The notes beneath the pieces were generated by a model, which worked only from the letters and a program-made list of their open reading frames with translations, had not been told where the DNA came from and made no database searches. The position numbers were made by a program, and so were the translations under genes. A stretch of DNA of 62,058 nucleotides, counting the filler. It is 7 parts of 7 records of this genome, joined end to end, with 100 filler letters (N's around TTAATTAATTAA, not from the genome) between each part and the next. Parts side by side here need not be neighbours in the genome. Positions count along the whole stretch, not along the records: positions 9,149 to 14,846 come from SRR31147125_74366; positions 14,947 to 23,431 come from SRR31147125_74390; 5 more parts are not named here. The stretch is one strand, 5' to 3'. Shown here piece by piece: positions 9,291 through 18,940 of the stretch. Numbering within the stretch: position 1 is the first letter of the stretch; the number at the start of each line of letters is the position of its first letter.

Positions 9291-9320
9291 TTTTAAGATA
9301 TATGATATTCTTAAAATTTC

Positions 9321-10548
9321 CTACCCACACCCACCCTGTCTCGTCACCTTTTTCTCCAGTTTCACTTTGGGTGTAATGGATTTTTTTGGAATGCGCATCC
9401 GCGTCCGGTTCAGCAGCTGGTTGATTTGAGCCGAGTGCGGATTTGAAGGTGTGATGTAATTTTTCACTAACCGGATCGGCAACCAGAGTGCAGTTCTCAT
9501 GTCCTTCATGGCCAAAGGTATCCAGCCAGGCGTTGATGCCGCCCTTCAGGATATAGACGTTAGGAACATTGAGCGTCATCAGATCTTTCCACGCGTTGGT
9601 CGAGCGAACTTCATTGTTACACAAAACAACCACCAACGTATTAGCCGGAGCATCAACCAGGGATTGGGAGATTTGTTTTAACTTATCCATTCCTGTCAAT
9701 TTCGCATCTTTGAGGTGAAAAAGGTTGTAATCCGCTTCATTGCGTACATCCAGCATAATCAGGTTGAGATCGTCATTATTAATCAGGGACAACAGTTCTC
9801 CCGGCTGGATCTGCACCTGATGCTCTGTTAACAAGGCTTTCTTTTCAGCAGGCATGTGCTCCCATTTTTCCGCCAAGGTGGGTTGTCCTATGACTAGAAT
9901 GCCCACAGCAACTGCGAACAAGCTCAAAGCGCCAATGTATCGTGCTTTTGGTTCTTTATTAAGGTCTTTACCGCCAAAAATTCGCTCCAAATGTTCACCG
10001 CCCCAGAACATAAATAAAGCCATCAGAATAACAATCACGACCACGACGCCGGTTGGTAATCCCAACCAGTCCGGGATCGTAAAGCGCCCCATATAACTGG
10101 AATTCCAGAATCCGTCGAACAGGCTGACCGTCTCACCAAAAACAAAAATACCGAATACCGCGCCAAGGACAAAGAACAAGCCATCCAGTTTCAGTGTGGC
10201 CATTCCTACCAAAGCAGTCCCCGGACAATAACCTCCGATAATAAAGCCAAATCCCATAATCAGACCGCCGACAATACCTGGCCAGAGATACGTGGGATTT
10301 ACCCAGATTTTGTCATAATCCAACAACGATAAACCGGAAAAAGCAAAAATGAGTAACATAGCCACAATGATAGCTGTAAACATAACTTTTAGTACGGTCA
10401 TGTCCTTAAAGTAAAATTGCGCTGCCAGTTTCGGCGAGTCACCAAATCCGGACATCTCCAATGCTGTGCCAAATCCCATACCAATGAGTAAATAAATGAG
10501 ATTACCCCCGAAATGTCCAAATATATCAAAAACCGGAAAAGGTCCCAT
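9321..10548 (-). CDS. YeeE/YedE sulfur-transport protein fused to a rhodanese domain; probable true C-terminus ...PKVKLEKKVTRQGGCG (frameshift near 9381-9387)
   Basis: GMGFG, FYFKDMTVLKVMF, GGYCPGT (YeeE Cys); LDVR...FHL...VLCNNEVRS...ILKGGINAW (rhodanese). As sequenced the ORF runs to 9262; the alternative frame stops at 9321. Confidence 0.85.
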
Positions 10549-10645
10549 ATTTTATGTCCTTTAAAACTTTTGTAATAGTACGTATCATCTAAATTTCTAT
10601 CATATAAATCTGCAGGATTTATAAAATCCTGAAATAAAGAAACAT

Positions 10646-11197
10646 TTAATTCCATGTCTTTCTGACAAAATAAGCCAAAGCATAACCGCCACCAAAAACA
10701 GCGAACATAAAAGCCCAGCTGCCAACAGACAGAACAGCTCCACCTGACAAAGCCTGACCGGAGGTACAGCCACGAGCGAACCTGGCGCCATAGCCCATAA
10801 TAGCACCGCCAACAAAAGCCAGGGCCCAGCGCTGTTTGACAGTGATCCCGGGTCCTTTTCCGGTTTTAACACGCAGCCGATTATGCGCGAGACCGGATAT
10901 AAATCCACCAACAATAGTCCCAATAGTCAGGAAAACAATCCAATGATCCAAAGGATTTTTTTCACCACCTGCCATCTTGAGTAGGTAAGGTGTACGGTCT
11001 ATGTGCTCGGGAGAAACCTTGTCCTCAAAAAACACCATAATGCGGTTGAGACCTCCTGACGCTCCCAAACCGTTGCCGGTGATGTAAAAAGCCAAAAACA
11101 GAACCAGGCCCAGTAACAAGCCGCCCAGATATGGATTCAGGTACGGCTTTGCCTGAGATTTATTACGGAGTAAACCGTCCTTTAAAAGACCACTCAT
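10646..11197 (-). CDS. YeeE/YedE family protein (short half-transporter)
   Basis: NPYLGG, GLGASGG, GTIVGGFISG, GYGARFARGCTSGQALSG (conserved Cys). Confidence 0.9.
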   Translation of the reverse strand: MSGLLKDGLLRNKSQAKPYLNPYLGGLLLGLVLFLAFYITGNGLGASGGLNRIMVFFEDKVSPEHIDRTPYLLKMAGGEKNPLDHWIVFLTIGTIVGGFISGLAHNRLRVKTGKGPGITVKQRWALAFVGGAIMGYGARFARGCTSGQALSGGAVLSVGSWAFMFAVFGGGYALAYFVRKTWN

Positions 11198-11199
11198 TT

Positions 11200-13914
11200 T
11201 TAATCTATCTCCTTCTTTTGCGAATGAATTTCAACCTCTTCCCAACCAACAATCATAGCTTTTATACTTGAAAGAGGTGTATGACCTGTCGTGGTCAGGT
11301 ACATATGCATGATGAGAAATGATGTAAAAAACCAGGCGATCAACGAATGGAAAGGTATCAAAAATCCAAGACCGCCCAACTTTGCAGCCACATCAGGCCA
11401 TTGTTGAAAACCCCATATAACAATGCCTGTGAAAATTTGTAAAGGTAAAAGTATATTCAAAATAACAAGATAAGTAACCTTTTGCAAAGGATTCAACTTT
11501 TTATCGACATCCTTTTCAAATGGATGAGAACTCCCCTTAAAGATGCCTTTCAAATAAAAAAGTCCCTGATCGATGGCCTGATTAAAAAATCCTTTAGGCT
11601 CCGGCAGGTAACCCTTGATTTTTCCACTGGAAAAATGATAAAAAGCAGCTAAAAAGGCATTAAAGAGCAGAATAAAACCAAGCACGTTATGAATGATCAC
11701 GGCAGGAGCAAAATCGATAAAACCAAAAACAGCAGGTGCATGAATGATAAGACCGGTAAAGATTAAACCAATGATAGCCAAGGCCTGCAGCCAGTGCCAG
11801 AACCGTTCGTAAGCGGTATACAGATACACTTTTTTGAGAGGCGTTTGATTTGTTTTGCGCTTTGCCAATAATACAATTCGAAGACCGCCATGTATAGAGA
11901 TACCGAGCAGGACCGCGAGTAAAGTCAGTGCCCCTAACCATTGAACGAAAGAAATTTTATCATGACCAATAATGAACAAGCCGGCTTTTCTGGTTGAAGG
12001 TTTAAAAACCAGCTCACCGATCTGATTCTCTTTTATGTGTCCGTTCAAAACAACATTTGTATTTTTGATAAATTCTGGTGTAACATTTTGCGGCCAGGAC
12101 GATGCCAATATTATGGATTTTGTAACCCTGGAATCGTTATTATGACACGTTTCACAATTTTTGGTAGCCCAATCACCGTGGGTTACATTATGGTGTATAC
12201 CATAAGGTTGAATATCAGCATGAATACGCGGATTTTCTACGCCGACTTTTTCAAGTCGAATTGCAACGGCTTTAATTTTATCCTCAGTATTCAGAAGCAA
12301 TTCATCAGAACCTATCTTGCCATCCTTATTCTCATCCAGGGCAGCAAGAATATCCGGGTGATAAGCTTTCTTTTGAAAATAAGCCTTCTTTAAATCCAGC
12401 AAACGAACCGGTTGTGCTTTTTCCCCGCCAATCCAATACCAGGATGTAATCAGATTAAATGGTGTCAACCGTCTCTTACCGTTTTCTTCTATTCTGGGCA
12501 GCAGGATTGGTTCATAACCTTCGATCAAGGCATTAATGGATCCTTTTTCTCCTTTAATACCACGGCATTCTGTACGCGGCTCGCCAGAAAAATCCAGAAC
12601 GGTCCAGTCGAGCACGCGTCTGGCTGGTGCATGTAATCTAGGAATATGACAGGATTCGCAACTCACAGCATCCATGTGCGCTTGTTTATATGGCAGCCAA
12701 TCGTGGGTAACGTTAATATCATGGCAGGATTCACAACGCCGCATGGAATTTTCATATCCGGTACGATAGGCACTCTGCCCTTTGGCAAAATTGTGACTTG
12801 GACGTTTTAAATAGTCGTCTATATCCATACGTCGTGCATCGAACGTGAGATGTGCCGGCCGGGTTTTCTCTGATTCTCTATAATAAATGGGATTATTAAT
12901 CGAATAATGACAATCCACACAATCAACCAAACGTTCACTATGAATATCCCATGTTCGGTATAGATCTTTTTTTCCAGCCAAATTCATACCAGATTCTGAT
13001 AGTTTTTGTGGTGAGATAATCTGGCCTGTTGTCTCCGTGTTATAGTACTCAGGCAGACAACCTGTCGTCACAAGCGGCAATTCTCTTGCTTCATGCACAA
13101 GGCCATGACAAAGACCACAATTATCATTGGTTGGATCCTGGATTTTCATGAATGCAGGTTTAAGATTCTGAAATTTATCAAAAGCCAGTGCATTCCATTT
13201 CCAGGTTCCGCTTTTCTTATTTACAATGCCGCTACCATTTAACGTGGCTGTATTGGCCCATTCGAAACGACCTTTATCAAGCTCTTTTTTTCTGGCGTCA
13301 TTATCCGGTTGTGGTATATGACACAGGAAACAATTCATTTCCACCACACCGGATTTACTCCAATCCCATGGTTTGGATTCTCCAGTTTCAGGATCCAGGA
13401 TACTGGCTTCCGGATTAGTCCTGTCAGGACGCAGCGTGAAAAGATCAATACCATTTTTACTCTTTTCTGCCGGTCCACCACCAACATGGCGAACACCAAA
13501 TGTTTTCACCCAATCTGCTGTGGTCATATCCTTTGCCTGATTCTCATAAAGACTCAGGGTTCGATATCCTATTGGATCCCATTGACCAAAATATTCCGAG
13601 CTTAAATCCCAGTCTCGATGTCCGGTTTCATTTGGAGTCTTTTTTACGTCAGTCAAACCTGCTTCCGAATGAAAACTGTGACGTGTTATATAGTCTGTAT
13701 CATGACAACCACCACACGTTTTCATGGTTGAAACAGAAGCACCGGTATTGAGAACACGCTGTCCATTTTTATCCAGTAGTGGAAAGGACGGATGCATCGT
13801 CTGTTTTGTTGCCGCCTGCAGATTGTTTGTTAATAGAATCATATACAAGAGGACAAAAAAGACCGAAATAATTTTTACTAGTTTATGATAAATATTCAAT
13901 TCAGAGTAAATCAT
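11200..13914 (-). CDS. Periplasmic heptaheme c-type cytochrome (Otr-like) fused to a C-terminal diheme cytochrome b (PhsC/FdnI-like)
   Basis: Signal peptide; seven CxxCH (CGGCH, CFLCH, CGLCH, CVDCH, CESCH, CESCH, CETCH); C-terminal TMs with ERFWHW, IIHNV, NPLQK, PFHS, IMHMY. Confidence 0.85.
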   Translation of the reverse strand: MIYSELNIYHKLVKIISVFFVLLYMILLTNNLQAATKQTMHPSFPLLDKNGQRVLNTGASVSTMKTCGGCHDTDYITRHSFHSEAGLTDVKKTPNETGHRDWDLSSEYFGQWDPIGYRTLSLYENQAKDMTTADWVKTFGVRHVGGGPAEKSKNGIDLFTLRPDRTNPEASILDPETGESKPWDWSKSGVVEMNCFLCHIPQPDNDARKKELDKGRFEWANTATLNGSGIVNKKSGTWKWNALAFDKFQNLKPAFMKIQDPTNDNCGLCHGLVHEARELPLVTTGCLPEYYNTETTGQIISPQKLSESGMNLAGKKDLYRTWDIHSERLVDCVDCHYSINNPIYYRESEKTRPAHLTFDARRMDIDDYLKRPSHNFAKGQSAYRTGYENSMRRCESCHDINVTHDWLPYKQAHMDAVSCESCHIPRLHAPARRVLDWTVLDFSGEPRTECRGIKGEKGSINALIEGYEPILLPRIEENGKRRLTPFNLITSWYWIGGEKAQPVRLLDLKKAYFQKKAYHPDILAALDENKDGKIGSDELLLNTEDKIKAVAIRLEKVGVENPRIHADIQPYGIHHNVTHGDWATKNCETCHNNDSRVTKSIILASSWPQNVTPEFIKNTNVVLNGHIKENQIGELVFKPSTRKAGLFIIGHDKISFVQWLGALTLLAVLLGISIHGGLRIVLLAKRKTNQTPLKKVYLYTAYERFWHWLQALAIIGLIFTGLIIHAPAVFGFIDFAPAVIIHNVLGFILLFNAFLAAFYHFSSGKIKGYLPEPKGFFNQAIDQGLFYLKGIFKGSSHPFEKDVDKKLNPLQKVTYLVILNILLPLQIFTGIVIWGFQQWPDVAAKLGGLGFLIPFHSLIAWFFTSFLIMHMYLTTTGHTPLSSIKAMIVGWEEVEIHSQKKEID

Positions 13915-13934
13915 TTATTCATTCCTTTTAAATC

Positions 13935-14846
13935 CTAAAAGTTTAAAGATCTACCACCACTATTCATTGGATCACCCTCATATCCGAGAGCTTTCCAATC
14001 CAGTCTGATATTTTCAGATTCACCATGGCAGTCAATGCATTGAAGTGCATGTCCCTTAGGTGCAATCATATGTGACAGCGGCCAAAACATGGCTGTTTGA
14101 ACGAATCCATAACTACCGCTATATTCTAAATCGACAGCCTTTGAGCCCAGGCGAACTGCTTTATCCCAGTCAAATTCAGTCCAATACCCGCCCTTTCCAT
14201 AGGTTTGGGGCTGCAGCAGATAATTCTTATTTTTATCATATATCTGTTTTGCTGTATGAACTTTAAATGGCCAGATTTTGGCTTTTTTATCCCTTATTTC
14301 ACCACGTGGTGTATTCAGCAATACTGCTTCACTGGGATCGATTTTATCTCCCAGTAAATAATGATCTGCCATACCATTATACCAGTAATAATTGGGCCGG
14401 ATATTTTTCTCATAGACAAAACTTCCCTTTATCTTGAGATACGTGTGTGTATCTTCAGGCAAATCCTGACCAGCTGCCGACCAGTCCCAGTGCATTTTAG
14501 TCGCCTCTTTAACAGCTGCTGTAGGAATATGGCAGGTCTGACAGGCTACAGACTGAACGTGAGCATTAATGCGTTCGTCTTTATGAAGATTTTCCGCATG
14601 ACAATCTGTGCAATATACCTGGTTCCCATCTTCCAGGCTTACGGAAATAGCACGACCTTTTATTTCATGATTTTGTGATTTATGACAGTCTGTGCACAGA
14701 AAATTATATTTTCCCATGTGCACGTCAATACGTTCTGTTGGATAGTAGAGGCTGCCGTCCAGATCACCGTGCTTGACAGCATTACCGCCGCCACCACGAA
14801 AATGACAACCACCACAGTTTTCCCGTGTCGGTTCACCAACACTTTT
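13935..14846 (-). CDS. otr: Octaheme tetrathionate reductase (Otr) family cytochrome c, 5'-truncated
   Basis: Frame open from the contig end: KSVGEPTRENCGGCHFRGGGGNAVKHGDLDGSL...DVHM; ACQTCHIP, TKMHWDWSAAG, KIWPFK.H, HMIAPK..ALQCIDCH; five CxxCH in the visible part. Confidence 0.85.
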   Translation of the reverse strand, partial: KSVGEPTRENCGGCHFRGGGGNAVKHGDLDGSLYYPTERIDVHMGKYNFLCTDCHKSQNHEIKGRAISVSLEDGNQVYCTDCHAENLHKDERINAHVQSVACQTCHIPTAAVKEATKMHWDWSAAGQDLPEDTHTYLKIKGSFVYEKNIRPNYYWYNGMADHYLLGDKIDPSEAVLLNTPRGEIRDKKAKIWPFKVHTAKQIYDKNKNYLLQPQTYGKGGYWTEFDWDKAVRLGSKAVDLEYSGSYGFVQTAMFWPLSHMIAPKGHALQCIDCHGESENIRLDWKALGYEGDPMNSGGRSLNF

Positions 14847-14946
14847 NNNNNNNNNNNNNNNNNNNNNNNNNNNNNNNNNNNNNNNNNNNNTTAATTAATT
14901 AANNNNNNNNNNNNNNNNNNNNNNNNNNNNNNNNNNNNNNNNNNNN
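14847..14946. other. Artificial contig spacer
   Basis: N-run with TTAATTAATTAA. Confidence 0.99.
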
Positions 14947-15430
14947 GAATTTCATCCAGAACGGAACTGTAAGAAGCCGGATTCGTGATAACAGCAGCCC
15001 ATCCGACATTTTTCGCAGCTGAGCGGATCATGGTCGGTCCGCCGATATCGATATTCTCGATAGCGGTATCAAGCTTTGTGTCAGGTTTATTGATGGTGGC
15101 CTCAAAGGGGTAGAGGTTGCAGACAACGAGGTCTATCCAGGGGATATTGTGTTCTGCCGCGATCTCAGCATGCTCATCACGCAGTCCCAGAATACCGCCG
15201 TGCACCAGCGGATGAAGGGTTTTCACCCGGCCGTCCATCATCTCGGGAAAATTGGTTACCTCCGAGACATCTTTCACCGCTATACCGTTTTCGGCCAGAA
15301 CTCTCGATGTACCGCCGGTGGAGATAATCTCAACTCCTGCCTCATGCAGTCCGGCCGCGAATTCAACAATGCCGGCTTTATCGGAAACCGAAATCAGTGC
15401 TCTGGAAATTTTAATAGGTTTTTTATTCAT
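14947..15430 (-). CDS. purH: Bifunctional AICAR transformylase/IMP cyclohydrolase, 3'-truncated
   Basis: [46 protein letters not shown]. Confidence 0.95.
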
Positions 15431-15489
15431 GCTTGCTGCTCCCTCAGTAATAAATTGCTCTATATGTTCTGTGTTCTCACACATGATAA

Positions 15490-16140
15490 TTACACAATGT
15501 GTGTTTCTGTATCTGTAAACGATCCGTCCCTGCCGTACATCTGCACAGCTTCAATGAAAGCTTTACCCTCCAGTTCCTGTACACGCTGCTTCAAAGTTTG
15601 CGGAGTGTCGGTATCAAGCACATTACAGCGTTTCTGCACAACTATAGGTCCTCCATCCAGCTCTTCAGTTACCAGATGAACGGTACAGCCGCTCTCTTTT
15701 CTGCCCGCGTTAAGCACGGCCTGATGCACGTCACTGTCCATTCCCCCGCCAAATTCGGGAAGCAGGGAAGGGTGTACATTCAGGGCCCGGTTACTCCATT
15801 CCAGACAGAATTCTTTAGATAAAATTCGCATAAATCCGATGAGGAGTACAATATCAACCTGGTAATTTTTCAAGATTGATGTCATTTCTCTGTCGAAATC
15901 GATTCTGTTCCGACGGGTGCGTGCTTCCCGGGGACCTTCGAAGGGTGATACATAATGGCTGGGGATAGAATACTGTTCCGCCCTCTTCAGGATATAGGCT
16001 TTTCTGCGATCGGAAAGAACACAGACAATATCGGCATTCAGGGTTTTTGCCTCGATTGCATCAATCAAAGCCTGCATATCGGTACCGCGTGTCGATCCGA
16101 GGATGCCTATTTTCACAGGGAGGCTGCTGCTGTCTGACAT
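15490..16140 (-). CDS. purN: Phosphoribosylglycinamide formyltransferase
   Basis: [31 protein letters not shown]. Confidence 0.95.
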   Translation of the reverse strand: MSDSSSLPVKIGILGSTRGTDMQALIDAIEAKTLNADIVCVLSDRRKAYILKRAEQYSIPSHYVSPFEGPREARTRRNRIDFDREMTSILKNYQVDIVLLIGFMRILSKEFCLEWSNRALNVHPSLLPEFGGGMDSDVHQAVLNAGRKESGCTVHLVTEELDGGPIVVQKRCNVLDTDTPQTLKQRVQELEGKAFIEAVQMYGRDGSFTDTETHIV

Positions 16141-17513
16141 TAACGCTTCCCCCGCAGCATATCCATATGGTAGACGCGCTTTCCTATGAATTGTTTGGTA
16201 CCGATATCTCCACGATGAACCAGCTTTCCCTTGATACTGCAGACAGCTGTTTCGGCCAGCTGTTCAGCTTCGGGAATACTATCGCCCAGAGCGACCACGG
16301 CCGCGGTACGTGACCCGCCGGTTATCAGCCTGCCGTCTTCCGTTAATTCCACCGAGCCGAGAAACAGCTTGACGGTTTCCGGTACGGACTTCACATCAAC
16401 TTCGGCTCCTTTCAGGGCTGAAACTGGATATCCTTCCGGTACGACATACTTGCAGACCGAAGCTTTGTGCATGAATTCAGCAGACACTTCTGCCAGCGAG
16501 CCCGTAGCAGCCGCATTGAATAATTCCACCGCGTCCCCATCAAACAGGGTCAGCAGGTTCAAGGATTCAGGATCGCCGAAGCGGGCGTTGTATTCAATAA
16601 TTTTCACCCCGTCGGCAACCGCCATGAAACCGCCGTACAGTACTCCCCTGTAGGGTTTGCCATGTTTTTCTCCAAGCGCGAAGACAACGGCCTCATTCAT
16701 ACGCCGGGCCTGTGCAATATCATCATCTGATAAAAACGGCAGGGAGTGATCGGCATTACTGTAGCTTCCCATGCCGCCGGTATTTGGTCCCCGATCACCT
16801 TCAAATGCCCGTTTATGATCCTGTACAGCTGGCAGATGAACGCAGGTGACTCCATCTGTGATAGTCATCAGTGAAAATTCCTGACCGATAAGCTTTTCTT
16901 CAATCAGGCAGCTATGGGAACTGATATCATTCTCATCCGATCCCAGAAGTTCACGGCAGTAATCCAGAGCTTCTTCATGTGAAAAAAGATGCTCCCCGGA
17001 AACCTTGACTCCCTTACCGCCCGTCAGGCCGTCAGCCTTAATAACAAAATTCTCGCCTAACCCCTGCAGAACTTCCCCGGCTTCCTGTAACGTGGAGACC
17101 GATGAAAAAGCGGGGCAGGATTCAGGAATCGTTTCGTGCAGAAGACGCCGGGCATAGGATTTGCTGCTCTCAATCATTGCAAGATCGGCATCCGGCCCGA
17201 AAACGGAGATGCCGTGTGCTCGTAATGCATCGGCCACACCCGCGGCAAGCGGGGCTTCCGGTCCTATTACGGCCAATGCTGCCTTTGTCTCAGCCGTGAA
17301 TGCTGCTGCGGCTTCAGGATCGGTAATTACGCCAACGGTCAATATCCCGCCGGAGCCTTTGCACAAGTCGGCTATACCGGGATTATTACTGGATGCAAAG
17401 CAGTTAATGATAGGATTGGATCGGGATCGAGCCAGGCTATCTGCTATAGCGTGTTCACGGGCCCCTGAACCGATAACGGCAACGGAAAGTCGTCTCTTTA
17501 ATGTATTACTCAT
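16140..17513 (-). CDS. purD: Phosphoribosylamine-glycine ligase
   Basis: GSGAREHA, GPEAPL, IESSK, KADGLTGGKGV, QDHKRAFEGDRGPNTGGMG, EYNARFGDPE. Confidence 0.95.
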   Translation of the reverse strand: MSNTLKRRLSVAVIGSGAREHAIADSLARSRSNPIINCFASSNNPGIADLCKGSGGILTVGVITDPEAAAAFTAETKAALAVIGPEAPLAAGVADALRAHGISVFGPDADLAMIESSKSYARRLLHETIPESCPAFSSVSTLQEAGEVLQGLGENFVIKADGLTGGKGVKVSGEHLFSHEEALDYCRELLGSDENDISSHSCLIEEKLIGQEFSLMTITDGVTCVHLPAVQDHKRAFEGDRGPNTGGMGSYSNADHSLPFLSDDDIAQARRMNEAVVFALGEKHGKPYRGVLYGGFMAVADGVKIIEYNARFGDPESLNLLTLFDGDAVELFNAAATGSLAEVSAEFMHKASVCKYVVPEGYPVSALKGAEVDVKSVPETVKLFLGSVELTEDGRLITGGSRTAAVVALGDSIPEAEQLAETAVCSIKGKLVHRGDIGTKQFIGKRVYHMDMLRGKR

Positions 17514-18938
17514 GAATGTATGGTCCTCCAAGACAGGCATAGCAGGGAGTATCGATATGATGATCTCCTTTCCTGGTTACCGCCTCAATTAAATCCTCTA
17601 TATCCTGGTACATCAGCAGATCGGCGTCAAGATAGGTGCGGATCTCTTCAGTATCCTGGTCTGCAGCTATAAGTTCCGAGCTGGTCGGGATATCGACTCC
17701 GTAAAAGCAGGGATGGGTTACAGGAGGACAGGCACTGACGAAATAGACTTCCTCAGCCCTGAATTCCCTCAGCATTTGGACAATCTCTTTGCTGGTTGTG
17801 CCGCGCACGATACTATCATCCACAATCATCACCCGTTTCTTGCGTATTTCAATCTCCTGCGGTACCAGCTTGTACCGTACCGACTGCTTGCGTGCTTCCT
17901 GATTGGGCATGATGAACGTTCTGCCGATGAAGGTGTTTTTATGCAGCCCTTCGGAGTAGTTAACCCCAAGTTCCCGTGCCATAGACAATGCCATGGTGTT
18001 CGATGTGGAGGGCGCGGGTATAATAACATCCGGACGCAAGTCCCCATACAGACGTTTCCATTTGCGACCAAGGTTCTGCCCCATACGCAGGCGGGCTCTG
18101 TATACGCTGATGTTATTGATCATGGCATCCGGGCGGGCAAAATAGACATACTCGAAGATACAGGGATTAAAGGTTTTTTTGTTATACGGCGGGAAAACAG
18201 TTTCCCGGCACTGCTGATATAGATAATCTCTCCCGGCTGTACATCCCGTTCGCGTGTAAATCCCAGCATATAGAACATGGTGTCTTCGGATGAAAATATA
18301 TAATCACTCTCTCCGCGACTTCCCATGACTAAGGGGCGAATCCCATGCGGATCCCTGAAGGCAATCAATCCGCGGTCTTTTATCATGGTAACGGCCGAAA
18401 CAGCTCCCTGTACATCGTCAAACAGATCACTTCCTGCTTTACAGACTGCTTCAAAGAACTCAGCGTCCGATTTCGATCCAACGGTTTTGGACCCGACCGC
18501 GTCTTTTCCCAGATGATGCTGCAGATTGTCGGCAAACAGCTGCATCAGCATTTCCGAATCACTATGCGTATTCAGATACCGTTTTCGACTGTTGACGACC
18601 TCATCGCGCAGCTGTTCATAGTTGACGATGTTGCCGTTATGGGCGAACGCGATACCATTGGGAACGCTTGTCCAGAATGGCTGGACTTCATCATCACCAC
18701 TTTTACCTCCGCTGGTCGGGTAGCGGGTATGCCCAATGCCCATGCTGCCTTCCAGGCGTTTCATGTGACGATCCTGAAATATATCCCGAACCAGACCCTG
18801 TCCAGTTTTAAAATGCATGCGGTCATTACAGGTGATGATGCCCGCCGCGTCCTGTCCACGGTGCTGCAGCTGGATCAGGCTGTCATAAATTTCTCCGGCA
18901 ACGGGTTTATGGGCCAGAATGCCCACGATTCCACACAC
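17506..18938 (-). CDS. purF: Amidophosphoribosyltransferase; 1-nt frameshift at 18174-18180
   Basis: MCGIVG, LQHRGQDAAG, GHTRY, AHNGN; one added A restores PCIFEYVYFARPD; VDDSIVRGTT, PCFYGVD. Confidence 0.93.
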
Positions 18939-18940
18939 GA

